Assembly: GCF_009914755.1 (NCBI RefSeq)
Contig: NC_060937.1
DNA from: the human T2T-CHM13v2.0 reference genome, Homo sapiens
DNA length: 64,000 bases
Strand: one strand, 5' to 3'
The translations under genes and the position numbers were made by a program. This document shows positions 31,396 through 43,292 of this stretch, piece after piece; positions within the stretch are counted from its first letter, which is position 1, and every line of letters starts with the position of its first letter. The notes below the pieces were generated by a model that worked only from the letters and a program-made list of their open reading frames with translations, was not told the origin of the DNA and did not search any database.

Positions 31396-31879
31396 GTGAC
31401 AGGCTGACCTCTAGGTGTTCATTTCTAATCTCTTGCATAATCTCCTGCCTTTGAGTGGGAGCAGAACATGTGACTTGCTTCTAACCAACAAAATATGGCA
31501 GAGGTGATGGGATGTCACTCCTATGATTCTGCTGTGTTATATAGAACTCAGTTTTGCTAGCCAACTTGCTGCAGCCTCTTCCTCCCTCCCACTGCCCCTC
31601 TCTCTCTCTTTATTGCTGACTTTGAGAAATAGAACTGCCATGAATCCTTCAGCTGTAAGAAAATGAATTGTGCTAATAACCTGATTGAGTTGGAATTGTA
31701 CCCTGTGTCAGTCAAGCCCTCAGATGAGAACACGGTCTGAACTGACATCTTGATTGTGACTTTGCAGAGGACCATATTCAGATTGGTAACCCACAAGTAC
31801 TGTGAGTTAATAAATGTGTGAAGTTTATAAGATCCTAAGTTTGTGGTGATTTGTTGTTCAGCAATAGAAAATTAATACA
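31396..31879 (+). mobile_element. MLT1E/F-type MaLR LTR
   Basis: gtgacttgcttctaacc...atggcagaggtgatgggatgtcactcc; ends cagcaatagaaaattaataca. Confidence 0.8.
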
Positions 31880-31952
31880 TGGGGATACAAAGAATTGCAA
31901 ATATGCTAGAAAAAGAACAATTTCAGAAGAGAAAATATTCAGGAGAGCCTGT

Positions 31953-32762
31953 TGTTACCAGGGGTCCTTGCTCCCAGAGCTCTCAAGATGGTGGCGGGCC
32001 ACTTCCAAAATGGCGGGTGGCTTCCAAGATGGTGGCAAGACTCACGTTCTCTGACCTGGGGTTCTTGGCCTCACAGATCCCAAGTATTAGAATCTGGGGC
32101 CATGCTGTGAGTGTTATAGCTCTATTAGAAGCTGTGGGTCACAGAAGAGAAACGGGAACCCAGTGATTAGTGTTCAGCTCAATTAGGACGAACCTGGGCA
32201 CTTAGCCATGCAGGAACAATGGCAAGCCTTTAGCCCTATCAGAAGTGGCAATGGGTGCGTCACTGGATCAGAAGCACAGCAGACACCCTGCCGGATCCAG
32301 AGGGATGGAAGTTAGCAGTGGGTCTACAACGGCGGCAAACGGCAGTGGTGGACGGCGAGCGAAAGCTCAGCTCGAGCCGTAACAAACACAGACCAGAAGA
32401 TAGTTCAGTTGCAAGATTTAATAGAGTGAAAACAGAGCTCCCATACAAAGGGAGGGGACCCAAAAAGGGAGCTCCCATACAAAGAGAGGGGACACAAAAA
32501 GGGTAGCCATTGCCGGCTAGAATGCCTGGGTTTATATCCTGATCATTTTCCCTCTGCTGTGCTCTCAGGCGATAGATGATTGGCTATTTCTTTACCTCCT
32601 GTTTTTGCCTAATTAGCATTTTAGTGAGCTCTCTTTACTACCTGATTGGTCAGGTGTGAGCTAAGTTGCAAGCCCCGTGTTTAAAGGTGGATGTGGTCAC
32701 CTTCCCAGCTAGGTTTAGGGATTCTTAGTTGGCCTAGGAAATCCAGGTAGTCCTATCTCTCA
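31953..32762 (-). mobile_element. Full-length solo LTR17 (HERV-W LTR)
   Basis: Reverse complement reads TGAGAGATAGGACTACCTGGATTTCCTAGGCC...GGTAACA like the HERV-W LTR; 4-bp TSD ctgt at 31949-31952 and 32763-32766. Confidence 0.95.
32531..32649 (-). promoter_or_regulatory. LTR17 U3 core promoter: two CCAAT boxes and TATA
   Basis: attgg at 32645-32649 and 32579-32583; tttatatc (GATATAAA) at 32531-32538; activity not shown. Confidence 0.6.
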
Positions 32763-33169
32763 CTGTCATCTTAGAACAGTAAGTAAGTGATTAAGTAAAT
32801 TATTAAATAGTATCCAAGTTTGTGACATTTGGATTGCACACCCCCTACCTTCTCCTTATTTTCCCTTCTCAGGGCAAGATAGGAGTCAGACAGTTTGATA
32901 GCAGTGAAAAGAATAATAGCATGTTTTTTACCCTTAAAGGATAAATATACAATCATTTTTGAGAGTACAGATCTAAGTGTGAATATTATCACAAAATATT
33001 AGTTTATTGTTATTGACCTCATAATTATTTTCCTTGTATATTTCAAGTTAATTTACTGTCTAGTCTAATGAAGGATTTAATTTGTGATTATAGAAAGTAA
33101 GTAAAATTAAATGACAGTGTTATGAAAAATCTGTGTTATAAAAGGTACAAATGCATCAGAAAATATTTG

Positions 33170-33314
33170 TGGCCTGTGGTCCCAGGTCCTTGGAGGCTAA
33201 GGGAGGAGCATCGCTTGAGCCTAGCAGGCTGAAGCTATAATGAACCAGGACTGCACCACTGCACTCCAGCCTAGGTGACAGAGTGAGACCCTGTCTTAAA
33301 AAAAAGAAGAAAAA
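33170..33314 (+). mobile_element. Truncated AluJ/FRAM right monomer
   Basis: cgcttgagcc...cactgcactccagcc...A tail; TSD agaaaatatttg. Confidence 0.88.
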
Positions 33315-36300
33315 GAAAATATTTGCAGTTATTAAACATAATACCTACCCTGTATTGAAACTATATTAAACCTATTTTAATAACTTAAATCCCAAAACAG
33401 TAAAAATGATAGAAATATCCCTATTTAAAAGTTAAAGAAACAGAGATTAAGGAAAGTTAAGTGGTGTGTCTAATGTTCAAAAACTAGTAATTGGTAGTGA
33501 TTTATTATGTCCTGAAGCTGATTATCTACACTACTGACTCTCTATTTAGGTATTACATACTCAATTATTTCTCTTGAACATCTCACAGTTCTGAATATTT
33601 CTAAAGTTTGAAAGAATCATGGATAAGAAACAAGTAGTTTATGATGTAATTCATAACTAAAACATATTTATCCTGTGTTAAAGCAAATATACCTTAAAAT
33701 ATGACACACTAATAATAATTAAGAAGCTAAATGACACCATTTATTCTTAATTATATTACTTTATATATATATATATATATTCAGCAATCTGACCAATGTA
33801 GTACTTTGCTCTGATACTGTTATTTTGTAATATTTCACTTTTTTCACTGTATCATGATATGGTCTTTCCCACAGATATGAAAATCAGGTTTTCATTTTCT
33901 ACAACATAAAAGTTAATTTATTCAATAATCTTAATCGATTCTTACATGGTGTTTTCAAAAATGCAGTTGCATTGAGGGAAAAAACCCTTTTGGACTAAAT
34001 ATAACATTTCTTGTTGTTGTTGTTGTTGTTGAATTATGTATTTAATTGATTTATCTCCAGGCTTCTGCAAGCCTTAATTTTGCCTCAAGAAGGATGACTT
34101 ATTGTGAGGACTAATTTTTCAAACTTATTTCACTAAGGTTGCCTTTACTACACAACACTTATTATTACACAGAGCTAGAGTTCAACAAAATACTTCTGGT
34201 GAATCTTTTGTCTAGATATAGTATATAACAATTTCTTCTTTCCAGTATTTCTAAAAAATCTTAAAGATTTAAAAATTGTATTGTATCCTATTTGCATAAT
34301 TCAATACAGAAACACAGAAAACAAATTGTTTTACTACCATGTGAATTGAAACTACATAAAAACTGTATACATTTTTCTTAGGTGGCATTTAAGGTCATTT
34401 ATGTAGTTAAGGCAACAGATATGTTGTACATGGGTGAAAAGTTCTGAATATTGATGATTAAAATACGCATATTATTTTACAAATTATACATATGTTGAAA
34501 ATTAATCTAAATTTCCTACAATGATATCCCTATAGTTAAGAGAGCTGCAAATGAAAAATAGATACTTCACCTATAAAATATAGAACACTTTTGTTTTTGT
34601 GTAAAGTATGCCTAAATAATATGATTCAGATCAGACTCTATGCAAATATTTTTGTTTATTTGCTTGTTTTTGGGACAGGGTTTCACTGTCTCCCAGGCTG
34701 GAGTGCAGTGGCACCATTACTACAGCTTACTACAGCCTTGACGTCCTGGGTTCAGGTGATCGTCCTACCTCCGCCTCCAGAGTAACCAGTAGCTGGGATC
34801 ACAGGCATGCCCCACCATGCCCAGCTAATGTTTGTATTTTTTATACAGACAGGGTTTTCTCATATTGCCTAAGCTGGTCTTGAGCTTCTACCTCAGACAT
34901 TCTGCCAGCCTCTGCTTCCCAAAATGCGGGTATTACAGTGGTGAGCCATTGTGCCTGCCCTATACAGGTATTTGATATAACATTTCATCATGTTTTTATT
35001 TGCTTAATTAAATCATCTTATACCTTTTCTGAGTTTTAATATACTTGAGATTTCCCCTTTCTTGATTCTTTAATCCCCTATTTAAATCTTGTTTTTAAAC
35101 AGGATTTAAAGAATTAAATATACATTGCAATATGGTCAATTGGAATTGAATATTACACCATCTGATTTCTTTTGGAAAGAAAAGGACTAAATATTTAGAA
35201 AAAAAATCTAAAGAAAAACATATAAAAGAACTGGAAGTGTAGTGAGTGACCATTATACATACTTTTGTAACGTCAGATTAACTTTATAACTCTAATTATG
35301 CCAAGTCAATGCAAAAATTGAAACACATATAATTTTTTAAAATTCTATGTATGATTTGTATCTTAGGTTTTATAATGTACTGATCACCGTGAATTATTTT
35401 TAACACCAGTCAGAAGTTGATCTCTACACAGGCCATTGATAATTTTTATTTAATTGCATTTAAATTGAAGTAATTTATCAATAACAGAATTTCCCTTTCA
35501 GTGGAACTGAGGAATCAACAGGAGGTTTTGTTTTGAATAATTAAATATATAAATTTTGTATAAAGTTTGTAGCTCCAGATTGGCATTGTAGGGAGAGCAG
35601 GCTATAAAGGGTGAGTTGTGCCATCTTTTTACTAGATGGCACATCTAGTTAGCATTATTTACTAGATTTTGGCCATAACTGTCTCCTAGTAAAGACTAAA
35701 GGGGTAGGCTTTCAATACACAAAGATATTATTGAGTGAAAATTTTAAGGCACCATAATAGCTAGAAGATATGGTATTGGTTAGGAAAACCTGCTGAATTC
35801 CATTGAGGTTGGCTCTTCCATTTTATATTAAATATTGGTCTCAGTGAGAATATTTTAACATCCTTCTGCAGTTGAAGATAACTTTATTTAAATTTGAGGC
35901 TCCTCTTTAATTAACCAGAAGAAAAATCAGTTAAAATTCAATGAACATATAGTAATTCTCTCTTTAGTGAGTAGCTATTATTTTGATAAATACTATAATA
36001 ATTCTTATTATAATACGTGAATGTATATTTCACCATATATAATGTAAGAATATCTCCAGGTAAATCAATACATTAGTGATTTTCTGACATGACTTCTTCT
36101 TTGGCCCATTAATTTAAATGGTTAAGACTAATTTTGGTTCCAAATGATGTACTGAGTGGCAGTTTAAATTATTACACCAATCAATTATTTGTATTATGTC
36201 AGTTATGATTTCTGTTGCATATTTCATTCTTCCTTATATAAACTTCATTCTTCATTATTCCTTATATAAAAGATGCAACAGAAATCAAATATAATTAAGA

Positions 36301-36774
36301 ATAATTGGTATCATTTAGGTTCTTTATTATTAGTCTGTCATATATTATATTTTTAAGTATATTTGCTTTAACACAGGCTAATATTTTTTAGTTTCTTTTA
36401 GATATAAATTACATCATAAAGCATGTTTTCTTATTCATCATTCTTTCAAATTTCAGAAATAATCAGAACTGCAGGATGCTCAAGAGAAATAATTGAGTAC
36501 ATAGTATCTAAACAGAGAGGCAGGTTCTGTAGTATAGATAATCAGCGTCAGGACTTAATAAAACACTACCAATTACTAGTTTTTAAATGTTAGACAAAAC
36601 ACTTAACTTTTCTTAATCTTGTTTTCTTTAATTTTTTAAGTAAGGATATTTCTATCATTTTTACTGTTTTGGGATTTTTATTAAAATAGGCTTTGTATAG
36701 TTTCGACACAGGGTAGGTATTATGTTTAATAACAAATATTTTCTTTTTCTTTTCTCCTTTTTTTTTTTTTTTTT
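33298..36774. repeat. Inverted duplication, arms 33298-33757 and 36288-36774 (contain a MIR)
   Basis: For example aaaaactagtaattggtagtg vs cactaccaattactagttttt and ctcaattatttctcttga vs tcaagagaaataattgag; colinear over the whole arm. Confidence 0.93.
34652..34960 (-). mobile_element. AluJ
   Basis: Diverged antisense dimer. Confidence 0.92.
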
Positions 36775-37188
36775 GAGGTGTTTATTACCAAAGGCAGGCA
36801 AGTCCCTCACTGGAGCTTAAGGACAAGTCATGGTGGATTTCCACTGGGCTTCATTCACTCTGAACCTGTGGATTGCAGGTATTAGACTGGCTGGTAGCTT
36901 TTGAAAAAGATTGCTTAAAAAATCTCTGTATAACCACAGACAAGCTCTGTCTTGGAAATTTTTATTAAGACATAATGCAAAATTCTACTAAACCGTAACG
37001 GGTTATTAGGCCAGAGTAGCCAAACCAATTGAGAGGATGCACAAAATCATAAATGACCAGTAATTTCTAGAAGTGTCTTCTAGGGTGCCCTGCATTCAGG
37101 TACAATCTCAGAAGCCCAGTGGAAAACCACAGCCCCTTGTCCTCGAGCTCCAGTGAGGGGCTTCTCTGCTTTTAGTAGTAAACGCCTC
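36775..37188. repeat. Inverted repeat with arms of at least 78 bp (36775-36852 / 37111-37188)
   Basis: gaggtgtttattacc...ccctcactggagct...tttccactgggcttc vs gaagcccagtggaaa...agctccagtgaggg...agtaaacgcctc. Confidence 0.9.
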
Positions 37189-37364
37189 TTCTTCTTTTTA
37201 ATGTAGATATCATTACCCTTACAAAATAAGATAATCAAAATCCACTACAAAACAGCATTTTCAAATCTCACCATACCGAATTACTGTGTGTGTGAATCTT
37301 GTCAACAATCCATGCTCTGGTGTTCTACCTGACTACCAAACAGAATGTGATAATAACTTAAAAT

Positions 37365-38487
37365 TTTTTGTTGTTGTTGTTTTACTGTTTAACTTTTATT
37401 TTAAGTTCTGGGGTACATGTGCAGGATTTGCAGATTTGTTACATAGGTAAAGGTGTGCCATAGTGGTTTGCTGCACAGATCAACCCATCAGGTAGGTATT
37501 AAGCACAGCATCCATCAGCCATTTTTCCTGATGCTCTCCTTACCCCTACTGTCCCCAAAAGGCCCAAGTGTGTACTGTTCCCCCCGTATCCCGTATGTGT
37601 CCATGTGTTCTCATTGTTCAGCTCCCACTTATAAGTTAGAACATGCAGTGTTTGTTTTTTTGTTCCTGTGTTAGTTTGCTGAGGATAAGAACTTCAAGCT
37701 CCATCCATGTCCCTGCAGAGGACATGATCTCATTCCTTTTTGTGGCTGCATAGTATTCCATGATGCATATGTACCACATTTTCTTTATCCAGTCTATTTT
37801 TTGGTGGGCATTTGGATTGATTCCATGTCTTTGCTCTTGTTAATAGTGCTGAAGTGAACATACATGTGCATGTATCTTTATAAGGGAATGATTTACATTC
37901 CTTTGGGTATATACCCCATAATGGGATTGTTGGGTCAATAGTATTTCTGGTTCTAGATTTTTGAGGAATCACCACACTGCCTTCCAAAATGTTTGAACTA
38001 ATTTACACTCACACCAACAGTGTATAAGCATTCCTTTTTCTCTGCAACCTCACTAGCATCTGTTGTTTCTTGACTTTTTAATAATTGCCATTCTGACTGG
38101 TGCAAGATGGTGCCTCATTGTGGTTTTGATTTGCATTTCTCTAATGATTAGAGATGTTGAGGTTTTTTCATATTTTTGTTGGCTGCATTAATGTCTTCTT
38201 TTCAGAATTGTCTGTTCATGTCCTTTGCCTACTTTTCAATGGGGTTGTTTATTTTTTTCTTGTAAATTTGCTTAAGTTCCTTGTAGAAGCTGGATAGTAC
38301 ATCTTTGTCAGATGGATAGGTTGCAAACATTTTCTCCCATTCTGTGGATTGTCTGTTCACTCTGATGATAGTTTCTTTTTGCTACAAAGATAATAAAATA
38401 CCTGGGAATACAGCTAACAAGGGATGTGAAGGACCTCTTCAAAGAGAACTACAAACCACTCCTCAAGGAAATCAGAGCGGACACAAA
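37365..38487 (-). mobile_element. L1PA (mid-age) 3' end with inverted 5' segment (38379-38487 on +)
   Basis: Antisense L1PA 3'UTR/ORF2 end, then sense ORF2 piece encoding [28 protein letters not shown]. Confidence 0.92.
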
Positions 38488-39229
38488 AATTCTTATCTCA
38501 TATTTGCTTGAAAACTAAAATACATGGAAGATATATTGAGCAAAAATCTTCAGAATTGTACAGTAAACCCCAAGTACCACAAGACCTGTTTATGTGACAA
38601 AGATTAACAGAAGTCTAATGTGGTTTACTTTGAAATGGTGCTTTGTCAGGTATACCTATCTATTAGTTCTAAGTACAGCAATGCCAAACAATAGGTATTT
38701 TGGTTGCTGTATTGCTGCAAAAGTAAAAACATTGAAATAACATTCCGAGGAAATGTTTTTATCACTCCCAAAAGCTACGACAAAAGTGTGAGACTAAAAG
38801 TAATTTTTCATGATATTTCTGTCAATTTATCTGTTTAAAGAGGAGAGATAAATCACTTTATTGTCTATTAATTCGCTAATTTCAGTTTACTCTACTACTC
38901 ATAGCCATTATAATTTACCATTCTGGTGAAGCTGATTAGGTTAGGTGGCTCAAAGCCAGCAAGCTCTAGGAGTCCCAGTGTCTTCTCATCTGAATTTGAT
39001 TCCTTGGAAGTTAAGTAGTGAGTCCTGATGTACATACTCCCTAATGATGCATTCAGAAAATGGTACTTCCCAAAATGAACCAATCTCTGGCACTGCCTTT
39101 TGAAATTTAATTCGGTTAACTGTTCTGTGTAATAGTTAAGAATTAGACCCGTATAACACTGAACACTTATTTGACAATTGGAACAGTAATTTTTCAGAAG
39201 CCTAACAATTCAATCTCATGAAGCTGCTC

Positions 39230-39455
39230 TTCAGGATCTGCATATATTGCAATTTAGGTTTTTCTCCATAGCTCTATCACTTTCTAGCAAACTAGATATG
39301 TTCATTTTAATCGGGTTTGTTTGTCTGTTTCCTTTCAATAGTACATAACATTCTTAAGGCAAATTGTTGTGTGGTGATCCCTACTGTGTCCTACCACCTA
39401 GAACAGTGTCTGAAACATAAGAGACATTGAATAAAGTATTCTTAAATCAATGAGT
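39230..39455 (+). mobile_element. L2 3' end
   Basis: cacctagaacagtgtctgaaacataagagacattgaataaagtatt. Confidence 0.7.
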
Positions 39456-39756
39456 AATGCTCTTTCTCATTATGATTATTGAAATGATTGTTAGATTAAC
39501 TTTATTTCTGTATGTGCTTCCTATTAGCAAAACCCTCCAAAATGATTAACCATGTAATCCAAAGCAACAATTATCTTTTGAAAACAAAAATGACAAGTTT
39601 CCCCATTAATATAAAAGTTAATGTCAGGTATGAGTTATGATTTTTGAACTCTTTATGGGTATAATAAATGTCCATATTATTTTCTTACTTTTATTTGAGT
39701 TTTGGGTAGACTAAAATATATTAATTACAATATACAACAGCAAGTGTTTATGAATC

Positions 39757-41130
<1,374 letters not shown>

Positions 41131-42883
41131 TTTAGCAAAATGTATACTCTGGTTTTACTGCTGAAACACAACCTGGTTACACAGACTTTGTTGTTATAAT
41201 CATTACATAACTTCCATGTTTTTATTAATGTAATCTTTAAACATTTTCACAAACACCTATGAGATATTTTCAGATAAAGAAAATATTTTTTGTGTTTGTG
41301 CTTTTCTTTGTTAAATTATATAGTTGGATGATAATCTAAAATTCCAGTTAGAATTTATATGGTTTTTCAGTATTAAAGTTTCCTTTCTCTTCTTTCCTCT
41401 CCATCCTTCCCATTCTTCCTTGTGTTTCTTCCTTCCTCCCTCCTTTTATTCCCTTTCCTTCCCTTTCTTTTTCATTCTCTACTTCTGTCTCAGTTGCTTT
41501 CTTTTTAACAAGATTGAGTGAATTTACATTTAATTACATTATATTACATTAATATTAATGTAATATAATATTAATATTAATATTACATCAATCACATATC
41601 ACATTAAAATTAATTAATTAATATATAATATTAATGAGTTATAATCTCTTTAACATTGTTGCTAAGCTGCAATAACACTAAAACCTTCTTTAATTTTTCC
41701 AAGTTTTTACCAAAACTTGGTAAAAAACCAAGTTAATTTTTCTAATCAAATGGCTATGGCCAATAACTTTCTGCATAAAAAAAGGCCCAGAACTTGAAAA
41801 TTGAGTAATTTAGTTCACTACCATGTCAATCATATTTAAGTAACATATTGTCAATCCTTACAAAATTTTTATTAGGAATGAATGTTACTGCTTATTTGTT
41901 GATCATTTGAGTATGTCATATGTAATATTTTGAAATTCTTGTATATCATTCCTAGAATCAAAATTTAATTTTTAAGCAACCCAATATGTATCAATTTAGT
42001 CAAAACCATCTATCCTTAAGGAAAGTCAATGTCTTATAAGAAGAATGAACAGATATTTTTTAAAGAAGTGTTAATTTGTGAGAAAATCTTCATCTGTTTT
42101 AAGTAGATTGAACTTCATTATACCTTAACAGCATTCAGTATAATTTATCAAATTTCTATTTTGTCATGGCCAACCCATATTTGTGCTTAAACAACCAAGT
42201 TCATCTTCCAATATGCCATAAAAACTACAGTAGAGACATATGCCAAATATTTAAATCAACCAAGTGCACACATTTAGCACATTTCTATTTTATCTAGCTA
42301 AGCTTTCTAGCACCCATTATTAGAAACAAGTGCCTATATGTTATGTGTGCTTAATTCATTTTTTTGGATATTATATTAGTTGCACAGAAACTGCTGTGTT
42401 AAGATAAACTTTGGACATCTTGACATAAAATGTTCTACCTGATTTTTGTATAACCTTTCATGCCTACAGAGATTTACATTTATTATTATTGTACAATACC
42501 TGCAGATTACCTTTGAATATCTAACAATGACATGTGCTTTTTGATACATTACAGATGTGAGATTTAATAGTCTTGGGAAACTTAAATTGTATTAAACTTT
42601 TATTAACTAAGTATTTTCGCTATGTAATTGAATAACTCAAAGATCTGACAGCTAACATGACAAATAACAAAGATTAAATCTTCATATTAAGTTAAAAGTA
42701 ACTTGCTTATTTTGAATGAAAAAAGTAAGTAAAAATAAACTTTCAGTAAACATTATTCAATATTTGTTGTTTGAAATTATATTTACTTATAGCACTCATG
42801 ACCCAAATAATCCTTTGTAAATATTACTTATAAGTAGTTGTCTTCTTTGAAAGTAGTTTTGTAGTATAAATTCTGATGCGCCA

Positions 42884-43292
42884 CGTGTTAGGCCATTCTT
42901 GATTGCTGTCAAGAAATATCTGAGTGTGAGTAATTTATAAAGAAAAGAGATTGAATTGGCTCATCATTCTACAGGCTGTACAGGAAACATGGTGCTGGCA
43001 TCTGCTTGGCTTCTGGGAAGACCTCAGGTAGCTCTTACTTATGGTTAAAGGTGAAGTGGGAGCAGGCACATCACATGGCACATGGCCAGAGTGGGAGCAA
43101 GAGGGAAAGTAGGGGGAGGTGCAATGCACTTTTAAACAACCAGATCTTGAGAGAACTCACTCATTCAGGACAGCACCAGGACATAAGGGATCCTCCACAT
43201 GATCCAATCACCCCCCACCCAGCCCAACCTCCAGCATTGGGGATTACATTTCAACATGAGATTTAGAGGGGACACATATCCTAACTATACCA
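42884..43292 (-). mobile_element. MSTB-like MaLR solo LTR
   Basis: ttaggccattcttg...catggtgctggcatctgcttggcttctgg...ggattacatttcaacatgagattt. Confidence 0.85.

Noticed and set aside
31851-32506. Cluster of overlapping GC-rich ORFs
   Set aside because: They lie almost entirely within LTR17; the composition explains the lack of stops.
36750-36790. Processed pseudogene on the minus strand (AATAAA followed by poly-A)
   Set aside because: The T tract is explained as the copied Alu tail of the inverted duplication, the AATAAA lies in an inverted-repeat arm whose partner has AGTAAA, and there is no ORF or TSD.
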